Origin: Eledone cirrhosa
Taxonomy: Eukaryota
Length of the DNA: 64,000 nucleotides
Assembly (NCBI GenBank): GCA_964016885.1
Contig: OZ024742.1
Location: 323,082,001-323,146,000 of the forward strand
Direction of reading: 5' to 3'
Shown here: positions 12,742-25,095 of the stretch, piece after piece
How positions within the stretch are numbered: position 1 is the stretch's first letter
How the letters are laid out: each line of letters starts with the position of its first letter
The notes under the pieces: generated by a model
What the model saw: the letters and a program-made list of their open reading frames with translations, nothing else
The model's database searches: none
Told to the model about the DNA's origin: nothing
Position numbers and translations under genes: made by a program

Positions 12742-12771
12742 AAGTGTGTATACATTTTTTGGGACACCCTG
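12742..12771 (-). mobile_element. Solo Tc1/mariner-type terminus
   Basis: TA|CAGGGTGTCCCAAAAAATGTATACACACT on minus strand; partner end not found. Confidence 0.45.
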
Positions 12772-12799
12772 TATATATATGAGAGTGTGTGTATATATG

Positions 12800-12882
<83 letters not shown>

Positions 12883-14335
12883 ATATACACACACGCACAC
12901 ACATATACATAGAGAGAGAGAGAGAGAAAGAGAGACTGGTAGATAGATAGATAGAAATGTGAGTATGTGATTTTAATCTTTAGTATTTTATCCTAACTCC
13001 GTCTTCTACAACCGTATAAAACGACTGACGTGTCCATAAATATGACGACGTTGTCATGTTTTGTGTTGTCTTGACATTATCAAGTCAGCAGTTTATATAT
13101 GTGTATAGTATATACATATATGTGTGTGTGTGTGCGTGTGCGCGCGCGCGGCGCGTGTGTGCATGTATGTATATATGTGTGCGTGTGTATATATGTGTGA
13201 GGGTGTGTAGTAGTGATGTTTATACCGAGAAGAGGAAGGAGAGAAGGAAGAAAAGGAAAGTGTGGTCAAGCGATTACGGCATTTGTCTTGATCATAAGGT
13301 TGTGGGTTCGATTGTAGGACCTGGTGGCATATTGTTTTATTGATCTAGACATTTCATTTCATGAAGCTTTTCGTGATCGGTCTGTTCCCCCCACCGCATC
13401 ATTAAAACATCGAAGAAAGCGAATATTTGATGCAATCTAGTAAAAGACCAACTAAATCAACGTATATGTGAACCTAACGTTGGTTTCGATGATGAGCCTT
13501 GTAATAGACCCAGGCCTGGTGTTAAATGTAAGCCCCACCAAAGCTGGCAAATGTGAGAGCATGAGTGTGCGAAAAAACGGACGAATATCATCATTCCCAT
13601 TACCACTACCTTCATCATCATCGTGTTACGTCTGCTTTCCATACTGACATGTGTTGGATAGGTCGTCATGCTCTGGACCAGTTCTTATTCGGCGTTATTA
13701 CCTTCCAAGACGGGTCATTGACCACTTCACGTTTGTACGTTCCAAATTTTGGCATGGTTTCTAAGAATTGATACCTTTCCTAACATTAAACATTTTACTG
13801 GGCGCATTTTATCGTGGCATCAACATCATAGAGGTTGTCCTGTCCTTGGCAAGACTGAAGAGTTCTCTCTAACCCTTTTTTGCCATGGTTTCTACGATGG
13901 ATACCCTTTCTAACACTAACCACTTTACAAAGTAGATTTTATTGTGGTACCAGCAGTAAACGGTTTGTCTTGCCCCAAATAAGACCTGTGGGTGACATAA
14001 TGAACGAGATAACGAAAGGGAGAGCGATTGAAGGGTGGGGGCAATAAAAAGTGAATGTAGATAAATATAAACAAGAAAAAGTAGAGACGGAGAACGAGAG
14101 AGAAATAAATGTAAAAGAAAAGATGAAGGAAAATGAAAGCGGAGTGGGAGGAAGAGTAAATGAAGAAAAGTGTGTGTGTGGGGGGGGGGGAATAAGAGAA
14201 GAAGAATAGGAATGATATGGAGAGGGAGGCGGGGGAGAAACGAATGTTAATTGACATAGACGCATTATAGAAAATATTGATATTTTTAAAGTATACATAC
14301 AACGGTCAATGTGTGTGTATCTGGTATATTTATAC

Positions 14336-14423
<88 letters not shown>

Positions 14424-14607
14424 ACATTTATATATATAATCCATTGTTAGTTTCCTTTCATATTAACACCTGTTCATTACACATACACGTGTCTGTAAAC
14501 ACGTAAATATAATATATGAAGGATGGCAGCTGACAAATCTAGCGACTAAGCCCGACTATTGGCCGATGCGTTGAAAGCTCGAATTCTGCCACCAGCACTT
14601 GTATTTT

Positions 14608-14790
14608 AATAATTGTTTCTACTTTTGGCACAAGGCCAGCAATTACCCAGTACATTACTGGTACTTTATTTTATCGACCCCGTAAGGATGAAAGGCAAAG
14701 TTAACCTCGGCGGGATTTGAACTCAGAATGGCAAGGGCCGTAACTATGCGTCAAAGTATGGCGTCCGAACCTATACCGATACTGCCAATC
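14608..14790 (-). mobile_element. tRNA-SINE whose head is abutted by a Helitron
   Basis: Family consensus up to ACTGCCAATC. Confidence 0.85.
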
Positions 14791-14792
14791 AA

Positions 14793-15633
14793 CTAGCAGA
14801 ATGGCCCGGCGTTGCTCGGGATTCTAAACATATATTGGCATGTTTATCCCTCCTTTCCGAAACAGTACAGAGAAGTACGGAATACCTCGGCCTGGGGATG
14901 GTGTCTACATTTTATGCTTATAAAAAAAAATCGTCGTAGATTACCAGGGGTTTAACTTAATTGGGTGCCTGAGAGTAACACGTTCAACCCACGAAAGCCA
15001 AGACGATAGGGTTAAGTAAAAAGGCATTCGACAAACCGAACATGTATTTGTCGTGCTATGGTACAATGAAAGCAATAGTTACAGAGCAGTAAGCATGTGG
15101 GACTGCAGTGGTGGAGAGCATGAAGGAATTTAGTTGGATACTTTTAAGGTTACAGGCCTTAACGCAACCAAAATACTAAACAATGCGGTCCCCGGGCAAA
15201 AATTTGAAATCTTTTTTAGTCAAGAAAATTTGTGAAACATAAGTAATGCATATGCAAAGTTTAAAAAAAATCGGTTGGGTATTTCTCGAGTTACAGGCCC
15301 TAACGCAACCAAAATGCTTTAAAAAATCGGTTTCTCGCCTAATGCGGTCCCTGGGTCAAAAAATGAGAAAATCTTTTTTGCTCAAAAGACTTTAAACGAT
15401 ATAAGTAATGCAAATTTTGAAGAAATCGCCTGGATTATTATTCCGTTATGCCTCAAAAGAAGCCTTTAAAGCCTAAAATATGAGGTTTTTCGCCTAATGC
15501 AGTCCCTAGGGCATTGAAAATTTGAAATATTTTTTGCTCAAAACACTCACACGATAATAAGTATTACATGTGTAAAGTTTGAAAAAAATCGGTTGGGTGG
15601 TTCTCGAGTTTTAGGGAGTGAGACAGACAGACA
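14793..15633 (-). mobile_element. Non-autonomous Helitron (Lep1-like architecture)
   Basis: Minus-strand 3' end CCCGAGCAACGCCGGG..CTAG|T; (CTGT)n near 5' end; internal CGCCTAATGCGGTCCC subrepeats. Confidence 0.75.
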
Positions 15634-15637
15634 TTAT

Positions 15638-15783
15638 CTAGCAGAATGGCCCGGCGTTGCTCAGGATTTGCTCTAGGGTTCTTATATATTTGATACATAT
15701 TTATCCTTATCGAGCCTCGTGAAATAAATACGTTTGTTTATATTTTGTTATTGTGTGTGCAAAAATATCTGTACACTAATATA

Positions 15784-15851
<68 letters not shown>

Positions 15852-16474
15852 TAACAGATTAAAGTTTAAGCAAAGAATCATTGCTTTCACCCTGAACGGG
15901 ATCTTCTGAAACTAAAAAATCAATCTGTGAACGCAGAAGTAAATATTTCGAAAAACGTTACACTATATATATATATATATATAGTGTGTGTATACTCCTC
16001 CTCCGTCATCCTTATTTTCTTTCTTCCTCTTCCTTACCCGCCCCCCCCCCCCTCCTTTTTTTTTCCCATATATCTCATATATCCATCTTACTTTATTTTT
16101 CATATGTTGATTTAACACTTCACTGCTCGCAAGTGTTTTTTAAGTTTCATATCATGTCTCCCTATTTTATCTGATGAGAACGCAAATATCATCCCATGAT
16201 GATATTTGTTTTTGAAATGACGTAATGTAGACAGCCAGACATACAGACAGATAGTATAAGGGCGCAACGTTATATCTATGTATCTATCTAAAAAGAAAGA
16301 CTAAGAATTATAGAGAGAGATTGCTAAATCGCCTAATGCGGTCTGTAGGGCATTGAAAATTCGGAATTTCTTTGCTCAAAACACTCACAGGGCCATAAGT
16401 ATTACACGTGTAAAGTTTGAAAACAATCGGTTGGGTGGTTCTCGAGTATTAGGGAGTCTGACAGACAGACAGAT
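15638..16474 (-). mobile_element. Second non-autonomous Helitron, head-to-tail with the previous one
   Basis: Same CTAGCAGAATGGCCCGGCGTTGCTC terminus at 15638; 16330-16470 matches 15490-15630. Confidence 0.7.
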
Positions 16475-16559
16475 AAAGAAATTATTGTGTACAGTGCTCA
16501 GGTGCACTACAATTTATCAAAGATGCATGTATAGTACATAGAATAATGTACAAATGTTA

Positions 16560-17226
16560 GGAAAGTGAACAGTGTATGAGTCGTGATATACATGTGCGCG
16601 TGTGTATGGAGGGGATATCACGTGTAGTGTTAACGAATTTCAGCAAGCATGGAGGTTTTAAAGGGTGCAGTGTCTTGGCAGCTAACAACTGATGCAGGTA
16701 GTTTGTTCCATGCTTCAGCAACTCTGAGCATGAAAAAATGTTTCCGAAAGTCATGGGAGCTGTGCTGTTTTCTGACTTAGTAGGCATGCCCACGTGTGTT
16801 AAACATGAAATTCAAAAAGGTGCTCAGGGTTGTTGTTGGCAAGATGGTTAATAATGTTGTGGGTGTTTACCAAGTCAATTGCCAGATGTCGGAGCTTCAA
16901 TGCATCCATTCCCAGGGAAGCAAGGCATTCAGAGTGTGGTAGATCCAAGCCAGTTTGGGCGTTGTAGCTCGGTGCAGTAAGAGTTCCAGTCTGCTTTATT
17001 CCAGTCAAAAGCGAGTAGTTTGGCGATGGCTGTGGTTTTTGTTACTGCCCATTAAGGGACAGATTGGCATAATCAGCATGAGCACTAGCTCAAGTAAATC
17101 ATTTGCACTTTGCGGCCAACGAAAGGTTTCCCAATCAATCTCAGGGTGATTGAAGTCGCCTGCAATAAAAACATAAGTGGCTGTTTTCCTGGCGGCAGCT
17201 CTGAGGATATAACAGGTCCATGGCAC
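16560..17226 (-). mobile_element. CR1/L2-type LINE remnant with large internal deletion
   Basis: APE motif VFIAGDFNHPEIDW (17005-17226) joined to CR1-like C-terminus SECLASLGMDALKLRHLAIDLV (16799-17008). Confidence 0.7.
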
Positions 17227-18079
17227 ATATCCTACTCAAAACAATCTATGGTGCTTTATACATATAAAAGGTCGATCCTCCGTCGGTGTCGACGAAAAGC
17301 CTTTAGTCGTTTGATCAACTGAACGTCTGATTCGAAAATTAACGAGTAAGCGGCTGAGTACTCCTAAGACACATGCATCCCTAACACAGAATCAGCGTGA
17401 CTTAATGTGACCTATGAATTGAGCTACAATCCCTCTGATGGACTTACACGCGAACACACATACGCACATACGCACACATACACACACGCAACTCCCTTAC
17501 CACCTCCTCTCCCCATATGGACATGCATTGGCCTGTGTGTATGCACGTGAGACTGTGTACGGATGTGCATGTGCGTGAATATATATGTATATGCAGATGT
17601 TTGTACACGACCGTGTATATATGCGTATACACAGGTATGTGAATGTGCATGTATGTGTGTGTGTATACAGGGACAGTGGAAGTATTTCTGAATTGGGGTG
17701 GGGGATGATCAATTTAGTTGTTGTGATTAGTTTAGCTCTTTGCACTCTAAAATGGTCAGAAAATGCAACTTGAGTTCAAGCAGGTCATATTACATTTATT
17801 GCTTTCAATAATTATAAAGTGTTTATAGCAAAATGACCTACGAAATCTGTCTCTGAATACACATACTAGCAATTAGTAAAAAATGATATGAGGAGAAAAA
17901 GTTATGACATGACAAAAAAAAATTACTATGAAGGTTAACATAATATTACACTGTTATTATCAAATATCAACCAAACATAAAAAACTTCGATATGCATTAA
18001 ACATAAAATGTACATAAATTGTAGCGCATATACAAATAGATGTCTTTCATCAGAAGATAGAATAGGAAATATATATATA

Positions 18080-18802
18080 TTAGCTTCGAGGTGTTATATT
18101 TTTTCACCCTATCTCCCCATTGCCTTAGGTCAACCAAGCTCCATATTTCCATACTGTGTCACTGAAGCTCCCCAGTTCCATAGTGTCCCACCCTAGCTCT
18201 GCAGTGCCATAGTGCGGCACCTTAGCTACAAAGTACCGTATTTTACTACACTATCTCCCCATTGCCATACTGCGACATCCTAGTTCCATATTTCCAAACT
18301 GTGTCACTCTAGCTTCCCAGTGTCATAGTGTGTCACCCTAACTCCGCAGTGTCATACTGCGGCACCCTAACTTCAAAGTGGCTTATTTTTCCACATTACC
18401 TCCGCGGTGCCATAGGGGGTCACCCTAGCTCCATATTTCCATACTATGTGCCTCCCTAGCTCCGTATTGCCATAGTGCGGCACTCTAGTTCTGAAGTGCC
18501 GTATTTTACCACCCTATTTCCTCATAGCCATACTGCGACATCCTAGTCCCATACTGCGTCACACAAGCTCCGCAGTGCCATAGTGCAGCACCCTAGCTCT
18601 GAAGTGCCTTATTTTTCCACCCTATGTCGCCCTTGCTCCATATTTCCATATTGTGTCACTCAAGCTTCCCAATGCCATACTGTGCCACCCTAGATCCACG
18701 GTGTCACAGTGCGGCATCCTATCTTCGAAGTGCCATATTTTACATCCCTATCTCCCCATTGCTATATTTTACAATCCTATATACCCAGTGCCATACTGTC
18801 CC
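18080..18802. repeat. 29-bp minisatellite with 5-monomer (about 145 bp) higher-order structure
   Basis: Monomers such as CCCTAGCTCCGCAGTGCCATAGTGCGGCA recur as ordered variants A-E. Confidence 0.85.
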
Positions 18803-19283
18803 TTAATAAAATCTTAAGATGATGATAATGATGCTGATGCTGATGGCGAAGATGATGGTGATGGTGATGATGAAGGTGATGATGAAGGTGATGATTATGG
18901 TGATGATGATGATGATGAGCATAGTTTTGTTACACTATCCACCTTTTCCCTTTTACACACCGTAGAATTTTCACCATCCCCTTCCTTCCTTTTAACTCAT
19001 TCATCTCACGAGCAGACTGACACACGGACGGACACGATTCGACATATATCTATCTATCTATCTATTTATCTGGGATGGACACGTGTTAAACTTGCTCGGT
19101 AAGTTTTGTTTAAATTTCCTTAGAAATTCGTCATTGTGAACTTTTAATTTTATACCAATTTGTAGAGGGACTGACAGGTCAAATTTTGATCTGGTCAGTC
19201 CTCCAAAATATCGTGCCCCTCAGGGCAAAAACATCCAAAATATCTTCGAAAATATTTTTGCAAAACAGTACATTTTTTTTTAA

Positions 19284-21132
19284 ATGGCCGAAGCACCTAC
19301 TTCTTTGCCAAAACAAGAAGATGGGAAGGGAAAGCCATGCCTACTTGACCAGCAGGTAGTAGCAGACATGGACAAAGAAAGGCCAACATCGCCTCAACAT
19401 CTAGCTGCTTGTAAGCAACTTAACACGCCTGACGTCACAAACGTCACATGTATCCACACACAGAAAGATATATATGTAGAAAACACTTCCTTTCGTAAAG
19501 AAATGGAAATTCATACAACAAAAAATGAAAATAACAGCCCACAACAGACACCAAAAAATACAGAAAATGAAAACTATCTATCTATCTATCCATCTACCAC
19601 CACACCAAACGAGAAAGACAACAACAATAAAAATGAAAACAACTCAAATGACGAGAAACAAATCAATACAAACACCAACAACGAAAACAAAATATCTTTT
19701 GCACAGACTTCTAAAATATCAGTCACATATGTGCTTGAAGATATATCAAATGCAAAAGAAATGCTTGAAAAGGCAAAAAAAATGTATCCTTTGGCGAAAA
19801 TGGATCGTTTTCTATCAATTCGCCCCCAGAACTAAAAAAACAGACGGAATTACGAACTGTTGTATTCCGTACAATTGACAACAAAACAAAAAAACCAGCA
19901 CAACCATCTCAAGCTGAAATTCAGTTAGTCCTGAAAGAGGCTATGAAAGACATTATTTTCATACAAAAGGATAAACTCTATGGGAGTTTATCCATATTGA
20001 TGAAAGACGAATTGGCGGCGAAAAAATACTCTGTGTCGCCAATTCGTTCCAGACATTACACATTTTTCCCCACCTACATGGGTCAAAAAACCCCAAAGAA
20101 TATGGATAACCACCATCACCCCAAACATAAACTACTAGTGGTTACTAACCGGTTTCCTCAACTTAGACGAGGACAACCTCATATCAATAGGGAAGGCACC
20201 CGGCGACGCGTTCAGTGGAACGAGCATTGAAGTTCTGACCCAAATAAGGCCAGAACGTATCGTCCAAATCCCTGAGCGCGTCATGCTGGATGACCGTACC
20301 CACCTCAACATTATTGTGGAGGGTAGGCGTCCCTCCTGTTACCTGTGTGGCAATAGAGGTCACTTGATGGCTGCCTGTCCCCATCTCACACAGAAAAAAA
20401 CATTGCTACCAACACCCCAACAACCAACACCAACACCAAAAACAACCACAACAACAACAACAAAAACCAACAACACCACCACAACAACAACATCAAACAC
20501 GTGAAAAAACAACACAGAACACTGTCCCCCCCTCCACACCGCAAACACTACCAGAAAACATACCCCTCCCACCCAACAAGGAAGACGAACCCCTTTCGTC
20601 GCAAGACGAAAAAGATCCCTTCCAAACAGTAAAAAGAAAGAAGAGGAGGCGCACCACAGACACACTTGTTAACATTAACCCTCCCCAAGAGAACACAAAC
20701 TATATACAAACCATCCCTCCCCGTCACACAACACTAACTGCTACGCAATATACATACATGAACACAGACAACAAAGAACTAATGAACACAATTTCGTCAA
20801 ACCCTTCGGTCCAAACTGAAGGGCCTAACTTTATAACTGCTGTGGGACTACCTCATTTACAAATGATTAAAGTCCCAATGAACTTATATAAAACGTTGAA
20901 AATAAATTTCACAGAGGACGTGCCCCCCCCCCCCCCCTGCGCTAAGCCAATCAACCGCGTCCTCCTAAAAAATGTCCCCACCCCCCACCCAGTCACCCAC
21001 TCAACCACAAACACCCTAACCCCACAACACACTGATGCCCCTACACTTCCACAAACCACCACCCCACCCAACAACCCATCCCCAACCAGCATGGAAATTG
21101 AGCGGCCCGTTTCCCGGGACGCAGAGAGGTAA
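19284..21132 (+). pseudogene. LINE ORF1 (frameshifted)
   Basis: ORF pieces 19284-19835, 19943-20230, 20283-20504 (CYLCGNRGHLMAAC), 20758-21132, colinear with copy 1 ORF1. Confidence 0.85.
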
Positions 21133-21156
21133 GTGCCTTTTCTCCTTACCACCAAC

Positions 21157-24100
21157 ATGGCTGTGCTGAGAGTAGGGTGTCTAAATGCGCGTGGCCTGGG
21201 CTCATCTTGGAAGCAAGCAATGCTTCTAAATGACCTCAAGTCACGATCTATAAATGTGATGGTTATCTGCGAGGCCCGGATCAACAGCATGCGACAGCTA
21301 GCCCCCACCTTTGACGACTTTGAGATGCACGCATCTCTCTGTCAGCCCGGAGGTGGGGGTGGGGTTGTCGTTCTGCTGCAAAAACATCTGGGTCTTGCCA
21401 CACAGATAGTTCACTTGGACCCAGGGGGTCGACTGGTGGTGCTAGGCCTTGGCAGTGTTGAAGGTGGAGCCTTTAGGCTGGTAGCCGCATATGCCCCTTT
21501 TGGGACAGAGCGGCCCGACTTTTTCCAGCGTCTGGAGTCTTTTCTAGGGACGTCCCGTTCCCTGCTTCTAGTGGGGTACTGGAATGGTATCCTGGATGCA
21601 CGTTGGGACTATGCAGGGGCATGTCTCGATAGAGAGGGGTGCAACAGCCTCAAGGGGTTACTCGGCCGATTTGACCTGGCCGATAGATTTCGACTAGATT
21701 TTCCGACGGTGCCAACCTGGTCTTGATCAAATCGCAGCGGATCATCTAGGTCGTACCTAGATAGGTTTTTAGTTGGAAATAAGGACGGACTTTTTAAGTT
21801 GTCCAGTAATGCTCATGGTTGGCTATTCAGACCACAAGTTGGTGACCTGCATGGTCAACCTTGATAGAACGCATAGACAGGGCCCCGGTTACTGGAAGCT
21901 GAACTTGTCCTTACCGGCAAGTAAAGCTTACAGGGACCGGATTAGTACGTTAGTTAAGGAGCGGTTGACTGGAGCGATCGTCAACAGCAGGTGGTGGGTA
22001 TCTCTAAAGAGAGAGATTAGATTAGTCTCGATAGAATTTAGTAAGGTTCTAGCTGCGGATAGGAATAGGAAGGAAAGGGAGCTGATAGATAGAGTAGAAG
22101 AGGCAATTAGAAGCGGCGACGTGGTCAGAGTGCTAGCGTCGAGAACGGCTTTGAGCCAGTTTTTCGACGTGAAGCACGAAGGCTGCGTTGTCCGAAGTAA
22201 AATACGTGCTCTAGGGAACGAGGGGACCAAAGCTGTTAGCTGGGCCCGCGTGACAGAAGCCAAGAGTGGAACTAAATCCACCATCCGGTCTTTGCGAGAC
22301 CAGGATGGACGGGCGATCCTTGAACCTAAGCAGATGTGTGAGGCCTTTCAAAAGCACTTTGCCCGATTGTTCGGAAGGGGCGGGGAGCCGGTTGGGATGT
22401 GGACTTCGGCCCATACCTCGACGGCCTGCCGCGTCTCTCGGACAGGGAGGCGAAGTTCTGCGAGGAGCCGATTTCAGCCGCTGAGATAGAGGACGTGCTG
22501 AGCCAATGCGGCAAACGCAAATCCCCGAGTCTCGATGATCTTCCATACGAACTATATCTAGCTATGCCGGACTTGTTCCCCGATCTCCTCGAGGCGGTCT
22601 ACTGGAACTGGCAACAGAACGGGAGAATTCCCTGTGCTGTGACCAAGGGCGTAGTCACGCTAGTGAGGAAGGACGAGAACAAGGGGGACGAAATAAGTAA
22701 CTTCAGGCCCATAACTCTGCTAAATACAGAGTTACAGATTTTGGCCAAGGTGCTAGCAAAGAGGTTGGCGCTTGTCGTGGGCAACTTGGTGGGAGATGCA
22801 CAGACATGTGCTATGCCGTCCAGGTCCATCCATGACAACCTCCACCTCATGCGATACATCATAGAGAGGGTTGGGAACGAACCCGGCTTTGGTGGGGCTC
22901 TGATCAACTTGGATCAATCTAAGGTGTTCGATAGAGTCGACCATGGTTACCTGGATGCGGTGCTAGCGGCGGCAGGCTTCGGACCCGTTTTCAGGGGCTG
23001 GATCACTGCTATGCACAGCAGCCGCATCTGCTCTAGAGTCAAGGTGAACGGCTACCTCTCGGAGCCGTTCGAAATCGCGCCGTCCATCCGACAAGGGTGC
23101 CCTCTCTCCTCCCTTCTGTATGTATTGACTCTCGAGCCACTACTGCGGAAGTTGGAGTTGTTGTAGGGCATCCCTTTGGAACCGGGATTGCGGAAAGCGG
23201 TGTCGGCCTACGCCGATGACGTGACAGTAATGGTGTCGACGGCCTCCGAAATCGGGGCGATCGACACCTTACTGGAGGAGTACGAAAGGTTCACAGGGGC
23301 TAAGCTGAACCGGGACAAGTCGATCGGTTTGCAACTCGGCACGTGGAGGGGCAAACCGATGTCCTCCGATGGCGTCGTCGGACGCTGGACGGAGGGCCCG
23401 GTGAAGTTGCTCGGAGTCTGGTTCGGACCAGACCTCCAGGTGGAGAAGAACTGGGCGGAGGTTACGAACAGGGTGTTTGCACTGACCCAGAAGTGGGCCA
23501 GTTGCAAACTATCCCTGAAAGGTCGGGTGGAGGTGGCGAACACCTATATAGCGTCCGTCATCTACTACCGCCTGACCGTCGTGCCTTGCCCAAGGGAAAC
23601 CCTCGCCAAGATGGAGCGCGCGCTCTTCCAATTCCTTTGGAAGAGGCGGGCTCCTTTGGTGAGGAGATCCATCTGCTGTCAACACCCTTCGAAAGGAGGG
23701 CTGGGGATGCCGTGGCTAATGATGCGTAAACACGCATTAAGGCTACGGCACCTCCACGTATTCCTCACCGGTCAACCGGTGTGGGCCTCGCTTGTGAGAC
23801 GAACCTTTCCCAGACTCGTCTCACTCACCGAGCTGCAATCCTGGGTCAAGCAAAGACCGAGAAAACTGGGCGCCTGGCACACTGAGTGTGCCCAGGCGCT
23901 CACCGTCCTCTGGCAGGCGGATCCGGTTATCAGTGGAGACTCCACCGCAACATTCTATAGAGGGCTGGTACGCAGCAGGTGCGACGACGCCCTCGGAGAA
24001 GCCCTAGACATGGAGGAAGACGAACTGGCCAGCCTGTTCGGTAGGACATTCAGCCCGGGACCTATGGACAACTTCCAGAAGTCCCTGGCCTGGCAGTGCT

Positions 24101-24591
24101 ACCGAGGGGCTCTACCCGTTCGAGAAAAGCTCTACAGACACGGGCACCCGGGTAGGGACCCCGCCAAAAAGATCTGTCCCAGATGCGTGTGCGACGAGGA
24201 AACCGTTGCACACGCATTGGTACACTGCTCGGGCGTAGCCGATCTGTGGGGCTATGTCGAACAACTGCTGTCAAGGGTGGGACCGATCCGGTTGACTACC
24301 GAGTCTATTGTAACGATCAAGCCGCCTCCCCCCTTCAAAAATGAAGGAGAGGCGGTTTTTCTGTGCGTAATAGCCATGGTGAAAGAGGTTGTATGGTGGA
24401 CGCGTCTGAAAGGACTGAGGTCAGGCACCTTTCTCTCTGGCCAACAACTGGTCCGTTTCTTCCGATATCATTTCGGAAGAAGGATCAGGATGGAAAGAGA
24501 GGTGCTCCACCCCAGTCGTTTTTATGAAAGGTGGGTGAAAGTGGCGAGAATGGCCCGTGTGAATGGGCCTTCTCTTTACATAAGCCTGTAG
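21157..24591 (+). pseudogene. LINE ORF2: APE endonuclease + reverse transcriptase + C-terminal CCHC, disrupted by two stops and about two frameshifts
   Basis: CLNARGL, YLDR, SDH (APE); FRPITLLN, LDQSKVFDRVDH, RQGCPLS, YADD (RT); CPRC...HALVHC. Confidence 0.93.
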
Positions 24592-24847
24592 GTGGAAAGG
24601 AGGAAGGAACGAGGGAGCACCCTCTCTCTGTGCTCCTGGGGAGAAGGGGTTGCACACTTTTTTCGGGGGGGTGTGTGTGACCCTCCCCCAACGCCCCCTC
24701 CCTATTGAGGACTTATTGTTAAGTCTATTGTTAATTTTATATTTGTTATTTATTTTCTTTACTCGCCTTTTCATGTAAACGCCCCCCATTGTACTTGTCC
24801 CACTTTTTGATGCCCTGGTGGCAAATAAAAAGAAACATATCTATTTC

Positions 24848-25044
24848 GTACTCCTGGAGATGAGGGTTGCACATTTTTTTCGGGGGTATGTGTTACCCAT
24901 ATAAACTGTCTCCCCCTATTGGGGAAAATCGACTAACTTTTTAAATTGCATTTGTGATAACATTTTACACGTTTTTATTGTATGTAAACTTCCCCCTTTG
25001 TATTTGTCCCCTTCTTTTGTGCCCCTGTGGCTAATAAAGAAACA

Positions 25045-25087
<43 letters not shown>

Positions 25088-25095
25088 ATCTATAT
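24848..25095 (+). mobile_element. Second, diverged Tx1-family 3'UTR with (TATC)n tail
   Basis: Repeats 24630-24837 (CTCCTGG..GGGTTGCACA..GTGGC.AATAAA.GAAACA). Confidence 0.85.

Larger units (their letters stand above)
19071..24837 (+). mobile_element. Near full-length Tx1/L1-clade LINE copy 2 flanked by (TATC)n
   Basis: 5'UTR, ORF1 with CCHC knuckle, ORF2 APE-RT-Zn finger, 3'UTR with AATAAA; TATC repeats at 19047-19070 and after the 3' end. Confidence 0.93.

Noticed and set aside
12658-14506. Numerous ORFs of CV/HT/YI dipeptide repeats (also 37.7-38.8, 41.6-42.2 and 50.4-50.9 kb)
   Set aside because: Translations of (CA)n/(TA)n/(CATA)n microsatellites, not genes
18080-18802. CRISPR-like 29-bp periodicity
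   Set aside because: Contiguous degenerate monomers without unique spacers, no cas genes, eukaryotic context
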